DNA from: Styela clava
Taxonomy: Eukaryota
NCBI RefSeq assembly: GCF_964204865.1
Contig: NC_135260.1
Span: forward strand, 21,390,001 to 21,454,000
Length of the DNA: 64,000 bases
Reading direction: 5' to 3'
A program made the position numbers and the translations under genes. The first letter of the stretch is position 1. Every line of letters starts with the position of its first letter. This document shows, one piece after another, positions 1-10,982 of this stretch. Under the pieces are notes generated by a model. That model saw nothing but the letters and a program-made list of their open reading frames with translations, had not been told where the DNA came from and ran no database searches.

Positions 1-734
1 TAGTGATTTCGATACGAAACCCGTTTTTGAAATTTCGAATACTATCGCTACACATAACACTAACCCAAAATACTGTGTTATTGGTGGTATTGGTGACGGT
101 GTTCGAGTAATCACGCGAAGTCACTGCGCGTTCGATGCTGCATCACATTAAAATAGTGTATTTTCTATGAAATGTGTGTCAAGATTTATTTTCTGTTCCC
201 AATTGTTTATTCCTAACACTCCTTCAATCCTGATACACAAATAGCAGGACCATGATGCTGTTTTACACATTCTAGAATCTAGACTCACCACGTTCTATAT
301 ATCTAAAATTTTAATCAATTTTTTTTTGTTAATGTTGGCATTCCGTCGAGTAGTAACTCGGACCTGAAATACCTTCAACTTGACTAAAGTGGTCGGATAT
401 TTCAATTAACGCTTCAATATGAATAATCTTTCATGAACATCATAAAATAGCTGATTTCCGATAGGAATTTTCACAAATATAGATCATATAATGCCAGTGG
501 GGTTTAGACCAGAGACAATGTGGATGTCATAGATCTCCAAGAACTCGCAAATTTTCAAGACAAGACCTTAGCCTCAATTATACAAAAAAACGCATACCAG
601 TTTTTTATAACAGCATAGTGTAATATTGCAATGAAAAAATAAAGATAAACAAACAATATCTTAGAACCGCGGAAACCTCAAAACACAAATTTTATCACGC
701 ATCCGAACACACAAAAATCACACACATTGAGATG

Positions 735-1150
735 TATGCTCTTATTTACTTTCTTTCCCCGGGGGCGTTTGATCCTTGGGGTTGTTTTGGAAATGGCTTC
801 CTAATGTCAGAGCCGTCGTTAAGACGAGCCCGTAGCTTAGTTTTTATGACGGCAACTGGGAGAACCCGGCTTCGCAGAGATAGATCGGGACAAGAGGGAG
901 TGTCACTTTCGCAGCGAGATTGAGAAAGACCTCGTGCCGAAAGAAAGACTGGCAGCAGTCACGAACTGTATCTTCAGGCGACCGGAGTTCTTCAAATCGA
1001 TTAAATCATCCTTCAGCATGGCCTCTTCGTCAATTGGAATCGTGAAATTCACGGCTCGACCGACAGTTTCGGGAAGTATCCATGAAGACTGTCAGACAGA
1101 AACTTTAGAGTTTAAATGACCCTTGATGTCAATGATAGTGTTAAATTCCG
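735..1150 (-). pseudogene. Decayed C-terminus of a Buster/ZBED5-type hAT transposase, carried in every unit copy
   Basis: Paralogue of 56865-57270. Other copies at ~5490-5740 (150-bp deletion), ~10115-10520, ~14810-15215, ~27250-27655, ~29550-29960 and ~31840-32245. Confidence 0.7.
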
Positions 1151-1371
1151 CCAACAAAATTGCCAAGTATCCATTTATGATCTAAGCAGCAAAAAATCAT
1201 GCCACTGCTATACCGTTACATGCCACTGTTACCGTGTCGGATAAAATACTCTTAAAATGAGCCAATATTTTTGCATACTGCAGAAGTTATTGTAGGATTT
1301 TTTTGTCAGTCAAGAAACACGATATTGGACAAGTTTATTCCGAAACCTCGGCAGCGACAAATCTTGTACGT

Positions 1372-1601
1372 AACAAGAGAGCTATGCTCAAATATATGGA
1401 CACGTAGAGTCACATAATTTTGATGACGTCATAGCGGAAAAAAAAGTAATAGATTTCTGAAGAAAATTTTTATCTTTAACCACTGGAAATTTCAAAGCAA
1501 TTGGTCCAGTATTCGAAGAGAAAAGCGACTTTTTAAAAACGTGTCAAAGAAGAACAACAACAACATAATATTGAAACGATCGTTATGTCCACTACGTGTC
1601 G
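1372..1601 (-). mobile_element. ~230-bp DINE-1/HINE-like non-autonomous Helentron element
   Basis: Present in 4.65-kb units but absent in paralogues, whose empty site TACGTAATAATATG is at ~25607, ~27899, ~30186, ~32471 and ~57498. It starts AACAAGAGAG with a small hairpin GAGC-TAT-GCTC, has subterminal inverted repeats TGGACACGTAG / CTACGTGTC(C/G)A and a (CAA)n microsatellite, and is inserted at AA/TT with no TSD. Confidence 0.75.
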
Positions 1602-1990
1602 AATAATATGCTCTATTCTATCCAGTCTATCGGACCTCCTCAGACTCGTATGCTTTTCTTGTTTACGCAATCGACGGGTTGACCCCCTCGGACACACACC
1701 TTTTTTCTTTACATATCACAATACTATTTGTGTTGCCACTTGATTGTTTCTATACATTAATAAATATTTTTGTTGAGCAATAACAAGTAAGAAAGCACGA
1801 ATTAGGCTAGAATCTGGTGCCTTTCTAAGTAAATTTCGAATAAATATTTGATAGGGACCCCGTGATATCCTCTTATTACACTTGCCTTTCTTGTATCATA
1901 GCTGTCCTACTTGTCCTGCATTTGCCGTGCTTATCTAACACTTGTTCTGATTTTCCCCAAATGTCCCGCTGGCATCACACTGTTTTTCCC

Positions 1991-2032
1991 ATACTTATCC
2001 TGATAGTCCCACACTTATCCTGATAGTCCCAC
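1991..2032 (+). repeat. 20-bp minisatellite (CACTTATCCTGATAGTCCCA) with variable copy number, within a degenerate ~20-bp repeat zone (~1880-2130)
   Basis: 2 copies here, 3 at ~6591-6652, 2 at ~11372, 1 at ~16068 and 2 at ~32869. Confidence 0.85.
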
Positions 2033-2379
2033 ATTTGTAATGTACGTATTAAACTTTTTTTGCCAATCCCAAATATATTCTTATCGTCTCATACACGTTC
2101 TGATTGAATCAAACTTGTCTCACAATTTCTCTTCTTGGACCTACGCAGCATAGTTCTTGAAACCCAACTTCATAATAAAAAAGGTGGTTTACTTCTCTAT
2201 TAATTCCACCTATAACATATTTTCCAGAATTTCATTTGAATAAATACTGTTTACAAAGTCACGCATTGCCGATTTCTACTTTTAATGCTCGGACAAAAGA
2301 ATAATGCACTGGAATGTTGAGCCAATTAATTAATTATTACGTGATTAAACGGCTTTTTCTCATTCCAGTGGGAAAACAT

Positions 2380-3135
2380 GCATTGTCGCTATAATGACAA
2401 CAGTTTTGTTGATATTAGGTTTACGTATCATACTTAGGATTTGTTGTAAAGGAAACAGAAAATGCAGTCGCTATTTTCTAACTTTGCATCTTTTTTGCTT
2501 AGGCCTATTTATACGGATTTGTCAATGACTGCACCACATTAGCTTCCAGTACACTTCATCGAGAGGTAGATCGAGGTATTTATGACAAACCTTGAGGTTT
2601 CAAGCTAAATATTTGTGTGAACAACTTCATATTCATAACAGACTGATCAAATTTAAGTCAGTTTACGGATAATTGGAAAATAGGAAAGAAGTAAGTGTAC
2701 TCGGATGAATATATTATCAAGGCGTGTTTCGATTTCAAGTACTATATTTGTGACAAAGAATATTTGTCTAAAATTATCATCTTCTGTTATGGCAACCTCA
2801 ATATGGCGAGTCATATAATATCTATATTTCTACAAAACAATAGACGAAACGCTTTTAGTCGCATTTTGACTTTAACTACCAAATATCATCTTTCGTTTCT
2901 ACAAAATTGCCTTTTTTTCATTATTATTATTTGGCCTCCACACCAGCCTTCTCACTGACACAACTTATAAATCAAGAAACATAATGGACTTCCCTTTCAT
3001 GGCGACATCAATTGTTACATAACAATAGCTATTTCCACGCAGACATTGGGACATAATCATCTTTCTTCGCCTTGTTAAATATTCATTTGAAAAAATCATA
3101 TTTTGGTCAAATTTTAAGATCATACTGACGGTCGA
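2380..3135 (+). pseudogene. Fossil LDLa/LGR(GRL101)-type class A GPCR fragment (left arm of the palindrome)
   Basis: Hand translation with frameshifts: LDLa-like scraps (ICC[K/E]GNRKC; SDEYIIKAC), then CDKEYLSKIIIFCYGNLNMASHIISIF (TM1-like), NIIFRFYKIAFFSLLVFGL (TM2-like; spans a 14-bp segment deleted in unit 1 but present in other copies) and W-R-TS..CYITIAISTQ...IIIFLRL (ECL1/TM3-like). Confidence 0.5.
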
Positions 3136-3760
3136 CTAAATAAAATTAGTTTCCCTTAATATTCTTAATGCGCTCCTAGTTTTAACCGCTTTTTACGATG
3201 GGATTCGACGGAAGTTTGCAGGAGAGCGTTTATATGGGTTCGACAGGATCACAAAAGGGAAGAAATATTGGGGTTACGTAACCTGCGTGGAAAAGCTAAT
3301 GGTGTGTCACAATGGTGTTGACGGCAGTGGAGCGGAAATGCTTTATATTATATAACTGAGACGGGAGAGATACTGATAAAGGCACAAATTGCTACTTGAA
3401 AAGATGATATGCCTCAATAATCTTATAGCTCAAGTAATTTGTTTATTAAACTTCATTTTGCATTGAATAAAGGCGTTTGAAATTTGTTATAGGAAATAAA
3501 GATACCATATTAACCAGCGACATATTGAGGTAGTCCAGAACGAACAATATGATCCCGGGCAAAGCTCTGCAATAAAGTATTCTTTGTTACAAATCTAACA
3601 CTTGGAAAATTCCAACTCGCCCTGATTTTGTGCTCATTTATATACATTACCATCAAGGATTTGAGTTTTCCGCGAAACTGAGTTGTGTACAGTATGTTGG
3701 TAGATTACGAATAAAAGTCGTTCACACAAATATTTAGCTTAAAACCCTAACTTTGTCTCG
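2580..3760. repeat. Long imperfect inverted repeat (palindrome) centred ~3170
   Basis: Symmetric matches: 2602-2622 is the exact reverse complement of 3720-3740 (21 bp); ACCTCAATATG/CATATTGAGGT (~2795/~3521); ATATCATCTTT/AAAGATGATAT (~2883/~3400); TTTCCACGCAG/CTGCGTGGAAA (~3032/~3283); AAAGAATA/TATTCTTT (~2755/~3578). Copies at ~7200-8400, ~11960-13090, ~16625-17820, ~33477-34680 and ~59858-61300. Confidence 0.88.
3190..3760 (-). pseudogene. Fossil GPCR paralogue (right arm of the palindrome), convergent with the left-arm copy
   Basis: Minus-strand pieces (consensus of the unit copies): VSRKTQILDGN (LDLa-like), ICNKEYFIAE, IILFVLDYLNMSLVNMVSLF, FQVAICAFISFS, STPL*HTISFSTQVT, VILSNPYKR. Collinear with the left arm. 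Confidence 0.5.
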
Positions 3761-4504
3761 CAACCGAAGATATTTTACTTTTATATATTCTACTACTATA
3801 TTCTACTTTGAAGTTGACTTATACACTATAAGTGTCCCAATATAATGCAAACCCGCAAAATTGCTAATAAATATGTTGATTTTAATAATTTCGTTTAATT
3901 TTATCTGATACCAGTTATAGATACAACTATTTTTCAAAACCCTATGCCTATGAAGTTGAAAAAAAAATTGTTCTGTGGGACTGTTTAAATAAACTTCTGC
4001 GGGACGTTTTATTTCAACACTTACCATGGATCTATCAAATCTATGGAACTGTGAATAATCGTAGCAAGAAATCAAAGAATCCATCTAGTTCAGGGGTGGG
4101 CAATTACTTTTCTGAGTGTGCCGGATACAGATAATAGACTTAGTTTCATATTGAGCTTACTGGGCCGGAGGCTCAATATGAAACTATGAATGAAAACAGT
4201 TTATTCACAAAAAAATCAGCGTAAAACTAGTGTACAAAGCGATACAATCATTAATTGGACTGATGTAGGCTACTGAACGCGTTTAGTAGCTTATTTAAAT
4301 CAGGCCGGAAGCTGCTTGTGCTGATTCTCAGACCGTTTGTAAGTTATTTGTCTCAGGTACCCAATGACAGAACCGGGACATTTCGTGGCTACTAGTTTTT
4401 ATGCTAATCGTATCAATCGGTTTTAACCTAGACTTTCGCTGCAACATATATTTATCATAAAACATTTACGTTCAAATCATTTCAATATTTAGTTGCCGGT
4501 CCGT

Positions 4505-4696
4505 GTGTACATGGTACCAGATTAGGGTTAGGCCATAATTTCAGGTACAAATAATACTGGAGTCACTTGGCTTGTCTTAACTCGAAATAGAACTAAAATA
4601 AGGAAAATTGGAATAAAATTAGGGTCTAATCCTAGCCAGGTACACATAATACGCCCCGGTGTCCCGCCATCTTGGTTCACATATTTCGGGAGTACC
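4505..4696 (-). mobile_element. Truncated copy of the GG-ended MITE (full copy at 60098-60333), reverse orientation, one TIR retained
   Basis: TTAGGGTTAGGCCATAATTT...AAAATAAGGAAAATTGG...CCGCCATCTTGGTTCACATA(T/C)TTCGGGAGTACC aligns to the reverse complement of 60098-60333. The same end occurs at 9320, 14015, 26460, 28759, 31045 and 56068. Confidence 0.8.
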
Positions 4697-5974
4697 GATT
4701 ATGGTAATCAAGCTTACGTATTGGCATACATACATTTTCTGAAATGAGGAAACCAGTTGTTAGTGATTTCGATACGAAACCCGTTTTTGAAATTTCGAAT
4801 ACTATCGCTACACATAACACTAACCCAAAATACTGTGTTATTGGTGGTATTGGTTACGGTGTTCGAGTAATCACGCTAAGTCACTGCGCGTTCCATGCTG
4901 CATCACATTAAAAAAGTGTATTTTCTATGAAATGTGTGTCAAGATTTATTTTCTGTTCCCAATTGTTTATTTCTAACACTCCTTCAATCCTGATACACAA
5001 ATAGCAGGACCATGATGCTGTTTTACACATTCTAGAATCTAGACTCGCCACGTTCTATATATCTAAAATTTTAATCAATTTTTTTTTGTTAATGTTGGCA
5101 TTCCGTCGATTAGTAACTCGGACCTGAAATACCTTCAACTTGACTAAAGTGGTCGGCGATTTCAATTAACGCTTCAATATGAATAATCTTTCATGAACAT
5201 CATAAAATAGCTGATTTCCGATAGAAATTTTCACAAATATAGATCATATAATGCCAGTGGGGTTTAGACCAGAGACAATGTGGATGTCATAGATCTCCAA
5301 GAACTCGAAAATTTTCAAAACAAGACCTTGGCCTAAATTATACAAAAAAACGCATACCAGTTCTTTATAACAGCATAGTGTAATATTGCAATGAAAAAAT
5401 AAAGATAAACAAACAATATCTTAGAACCGCGGAAACCTCAAAACACAAATTTTATCACGCATCGAACACACAAAAATCACACACATTGAGATGTACGCTC
5501 TTATTTACTTTCCCCGGGGGCGTTTGATCCTTGGGGTTGTTTTGGAAATGGCTTCCTTATGTCAGAGCCGTCGTTAAGACGAGCCCGTAGCTTAGTTTTT
5601 ATGACGGCAACTGGGAGAACCCGGCTTCGCAGAGATAGATCGTGACAAAAGGGAGTGTCACTTTCGCAGCGAGATTGAGAAAGGCCTCGTGCCGAAAGAA
5701 AGAAACTTTAGAGTTTAAATGACCCTTAATGTCAATGGTAGTGTTAAATTCCGCCAACAAAATTGCCAAGTATCCATTTATGATCTAAGCAGCGAAAAAT
5801 CATGCCACTGCTATACCGTTACATGCCACTGTTACCGTGTCGGATAAAATACTCTTAAAATGAGCCAATATTTTTGCATACTGCAGAAGTTATTGTAGGA
5901 TTTTTTTGTGAGTCAAGAAACACGATATTAGACAAGTTTATTCCGAAACCTCGGCAGCGACAAATCTTGTTCGT

Positions 5975-6200
5975 AACAAGAGAGCTATTATGGACACGTA
6001 GAGTCACAATTTTGATGACGTCATAGCGAAAAAAAAAAGTAATAGCCTTCTGGAGAAAATTTTTATCTTTAACCACTGGAAATTTCAAAGCAATTGGTCC
6101 AGTATTCGAAGAGAAAAGCGACTTTTTAAAAACGTGTCAAAGAACAACAACAACAACAACAACATAATATTGAAACGATCGGTATGTCCACTACGTGTCC
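5975..6200 (-). mobile_element. HINE-like element, unit 2 copy
   Basis: Paralogue of 1372-1601, with a small deletion in the terminal hairpin. Confidence 0.75.
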
Positions 6201-9200
6201 AATAATATGCTCTATTCTATCCAGTCTATCGGACCTCCTCAGACTCGTATGCTTTTCTTGTTTACGCAATCGACGGGTTGACCCCCTCGGACACACACCT
6301 TTTTTTTCTTTACATATCACAATACTATTTGTGTTGCCACTTGATTATTTCTATACAATAATAAATATTTTTGTTGAGCAATAACAAGTAAGAAAGCACG
6401 AATTAGGCTAGAATCTGGTGCCTTTCTAAGTAAATTTCGAATAAATATTTGATAGGGACCCCGTGATATCCTCTTATTACACTTGCCTTTCTTGTATGAT
6501 AGCTGTCCTACTTGTCCTGCATTTGCCGTGCTTATCTAACACTTGTTCTGATTTTCCCCAAATGTCCCGCTGGCATCACACTGTTTGTCCCATACTTATC
6601 CTGATAGTCCCACACTTATCCTGATAGTCCCACACTTATCCTGATAGTCCCACATTTGTAATGTACGTATTAAACTTTTTTTGCCAATCCCAAATATATT
6701 CTTATCGTCTCACACACGTTCTGATTGAATCAAACTTGTCTCACAATTTCTCTTCTTGGACCTACGCAGCATAGTTCTTGAAACCCAACTTCATAATTAA
6801 AAAGGTGGTTTACTTCTCTATTAATTCCACCTATAACATATTTTCCAGAATTTCATTTGAATAAATACTGTTTACAAAGTCACGCATTGCCGATTTCTAC
6901 TTTTAATGCTCGGACAAAAGAATAATGCACTGGAATGTTGAGCCAATTAATTAATTATTACGTGATTAAACGGCTTTTTCTCATTCCAGTGGGATAACAT
7001 GCATTGTCGCTATAATGACAACAGTTTTGTTGATATTAGGTTTACGTATCATACTTAGGATTCGTTGTAAAGGAAACAGAAAATGCAGTCGCTATTTTCT
7101 AACTTTGCATCTTTTTTGCTTAGGCCTATTTATACGGATCTGTCAATGACTGCTACACATTAGCTTCCAGTACACTTCATCGGGGGTAGATCGAGGTATT
7201 TATGACAAACCTTGAGGTTTCAAGCTAAATATTTGTGTGAACAACTTCATATTCATAATAGACTGATCAAATTTAAGTCAGTTTACGGATAATTGATAAA
7301 ATAGGAAAGAAGTAAGTGTACTCGGATGAATATATTATCAAGGCGTGTTTCGATTTCAAGTACTATATTTGTGACAAAGAATATTTGTCTAAAATTATCA
7401 TCTTCTGTTATGGCAACCTCAATATGGCGAGTCATATAATATCTATATTTCTACAAAACAATAGACGAAACGCTTTTAGTCGCATTTTGACTTTAACTAC
7501 CAAAGTTTTTGAAGCATAAAATATCATCTTTCGTTTCTACAAAATTGCCTTTTTTCATTATTAGTATTTGGCCTCCACACCAGCCTTCTCACTGACACAA
7601 CTTATAAATCAAGAAACATAATGGACTTCCCTTTCATGGCGAAATCAATTGTTACATAACAATAGCTATTTCCACGCAGGCATTGGGACATAATCATCTT
7701 TCTTCGCCTTGTTAAATATTCATTTGAAAAAATCATATTTTGGTCAAATTTTAAGATCATACTGACGGTCGACTAAATAAAATTAGTTTCCCTTAATATT
7801 CTTAATGCGCTCCTAGTTTTAACCGCTTTTTACGATGGGATTCGACGGAAGTTTGCAGGAGAGCGTTTATATGGGTTCGACAGGATCACAAAAGGGAAGA
7901 AATATTGGGGTAACGTAACCTGCGTGGAAAAGCTAATGGTGTGTCACAATGGTGTTGACGGCAGTGGAGCAGAGATGCTTTATATTATATAACTGAGACG
8001 GGAGAGAAACTAATAAAGGCACAAATTGCTACTTGAAAAGATGATATGCCTCAATAATCTTATAGCTCAAGTAATTTGTTTACTAAACTTCATTTTGCAT
8101 TAAATAAAGGCGTTTGAAATTTGTTATAGAAAATAGAGATACCATATTACCCAGCGACATATTGAAGTAGTCCAGAACGAACAATATGATCCCGGGCAAA
8201 GCTCTGCAATAAAGTATTCTTTGTTACAAATCTAACACTTGGAAAATTCCAACTCGCCCTGATTTTGTGCTCATTTATATACATTACCATCAAGGATTTG
8301 AGTTTTCCGCGAAACTGAGTTGTGTACAGTATGTTGGTAGATTACGAATAAAAGTCGTTCACACAAATATTTAGCTTAAAACCCTAACTTTGTCTCGCAA
8401 CCGAAGATATTTTACTTTTATATATTCTACTACTATATTCTACTTTGAAGTTGACTTATACACTATAAGTGTCCCAATAGAATGCAAACCCGCAAAATTG
8501 CTAATAAATATGTTGATTTTAATAATTTCGTTTAATTTTATCTGATACCAGTTATAGATACAACTATTTTTCAAAACCCTATGCCTATGAAGTTGAAAAA
8601 AAAATTGTTCTGTGGGACTGTTTAAATAAACTTCTGCGGGACGTTTTATTTCAACACTTACCCTGGATCTATCAAATCTATGGAACTGTGAATAATCGTA
8701 GCAAGAAATCAAAGAATCCATCTAGTTCAGGGGTGGGCAATTACTTTTCTGAGTGTGCCGGATACAGATAATAGACTTGCTTACTGGGCCGGAGGCTCAA
8801 TACGAAACTATGAATGAAAACAGTTTATTCACAAAAAAATCAGCGTAAAACTAGTGTACAAAGTGATACAATCATTAATTGGACCGAGGTAGGCTACTGA
8901 ACGCGTCCAGTAGCTTATTTAAATCAGGCCGGAAGCTGCTTGTGCTGATTCTCAGACCGTTTGTAGGTTATTTGTCCTAGGTACCCAATGACAGAACCGG
9001 GACATTTCGTGGCTACTAGTTTTTATGCTAATCGTATCAATCGGTTTTAACCTAGACTTTCGCTGCAACATATATTCATCGTAAAACATTTACGTTCAAA
9101 TCATTTCAATATTTAGTTGCCGGTCCGTGTGTACATGGTACCAGATTAGGGTTAGGCCATAATTTCAGGTACAAATAATACTGGAGTCACTTGGCTTGTC

Positions 9201-10751
9201 TTAACTCGAAATAGAACTAAAATAAGAAAAATTGGAATAAAATTAGGGTCTAATCCTAACCAGGTACACATAATACGCCCCGGTGTCCCGCCATCTTGGT
9301 TCACATACTTCGGGAGTACAGATTATGGTAATCAAGCTTACGTACTGGCATACATACATTTTCTGAAATGAGGAAACCAGTTGTTAGTGATTTCGATACA
9401 AAACCCGTTTTTGAAATTTCGCATACTATCGCTACACATAACACTAACCCAAAATACTGTGTTGTTGGTGGTATTGGTTACGGTGTTCGAGTAATCACGC
9501 TAAGTCACTGCGCGTTCCAGGCTGCACCACATTAAAATAGTGTATTTTCTATGAAATGTGTGTCAAGATTTATTTTCTGTTCCCAATTGTTTATTTCTAA
9601 CACTCCTTCAATCCTGATACACAAATAGCAGGACCATGATGCTGTTTTACACATTCTAGAATCTAGACTCACCACGTTCTATATATCTAAAATTTTAATC
9701 AATTTTTTTTTGTTAATGTTGGCATTCCGTCGAGTAGTAACTCGGACCTGAAATACCTTCAACTTGACTAAAGTGGTCGGCGATTTCAATTAACGCTTCA
9801 ATATGAATAATCTTTCATGAACATCATAAAATAGCTGATTTCCGATAGGAATTTTCACAAATATAGATCATATAATGCCAGTGGGGTTTAGACCAGAGAC
9901 AATGTGGATGTCATAGATCTCCAAGAACTCGCAAATTTTCAAAACAAGACCTTAGCCTAAATTATACAAAAAAACGCTTACCAGTTTTTTATAACAGCAT
10001 AGTGTAATAATATTGCAATGAAAAAATAAAGATAAACAAACAATATCTTAAAACCGCGGAAACCTCAAAACACAACTTTTATCACGCATCGAACACACAA
10101 AAATCACACACATTGAGATGTATGCTCTTGTTTACTTTCCCCGGGGGCGTTTGATCCTTGGGGTTGTTTTGGAAATGGCTTCCTAATGTCAGAGCCGTCG
10201 TTAAGACGAGCCCGTAGCTTAGTTTTTATGACGGCAACTGGGAGAACCCGGCTTCGCAGAGACAGATCGTGACAAAAGGGAGTGTCACTTTCGCAGCGAG
10301 ATTGAGAAAGGCCTCGTGCCGAAAGAAAGACTGGCAGCAGTCACGAACTGTATCTTCAGGCGACCGGAGTTCTTCAAATCGATTAAATCATCCTTCAGCA
10401 TGGCCTCTTCGTCAATTGGAATCGTGAAATTCACGGCTCGACCGACAGTTTCGGAAGTATCCATGAAGACTGTCAGACAGAAACTTTAGAGTTTAAATGA
10501 CCCTTAATGTCAATGATAGTGTTAAATTCCGCCAACAAAATTGCCAAGTATCCATTTATGATCTAAGCAGCGAAAAATCATGCCACTGCTATACCGTTAG
10601 ATGCCACTGTTACCGTGTCGGATAAAATACTCTTAAAATGAGCCAATATTTTTGCTACTGCAGAAGTTATTGTAGGATTTTTTTGTCAGTCAAGAAACAC
10701 GATATTAGACAAGTTTATTCCAAAACCTCGGCAGCGACAAATCTTGTACGT

Positions 10752-10982
10752 AACAAGAGAGCTATGCTCAAATATATGGACACGTAGAGTCACATAATTT
10801 TGATGACGTCATAGCGGAAAAAAAAAGTAATAGCCTTCTGGAGAAAATTTTTATCTTTAACCACTGGAAATTTCAAAGCAATTGGTCCAGTATTCAAAGA
10901 GAAAAGCGACTTTTTAAAAACGTGTCAAAGAACAACAACAACAACATAATATTGAAACGATCGTTATGTCCACTACGTGTCC
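10752..10982 (-). mobile_element. HINE-like element, unit 3 copy
   Basis: Paralogue of 1372-1601. Confidence 0.75.

Noticed and set aside
1991-2032. Short direct repeats resembling a CRISPR array
   Set aside because: Head-to-tail minisatellite with no spacers, no cas genes and a eukaryotic context.
3500-3570. Apparent adhesion-GPCR GPS motif (YCSFW...RW) on the minus strand after a TTTATTGCAG acceptor
   Set aside because: That frame is not conserved in the paralogous arm. The shared frame reads IILFVLDYLNM / IIIFCYGNLNM (TM1-like), so the GPS match looks coincidental.
4522-4532. TTAGGGTTAGG telomere-like words, recurring in each unit and at ~45433
   Set aside because: Fewer than two full repeats, and an internal part of the GG-ended MITE.
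8655-8670. ACACTTACCCTGG resembling the U1 snRNA 5' end, suggesting an snRNA/SL/5S tandem array
   Set aside because: No continuation into the U1 body. It reads better as a minus-strand splice donor (AGG|GTAAGT), and no recognisable RNA gene was found in either repeat unit.
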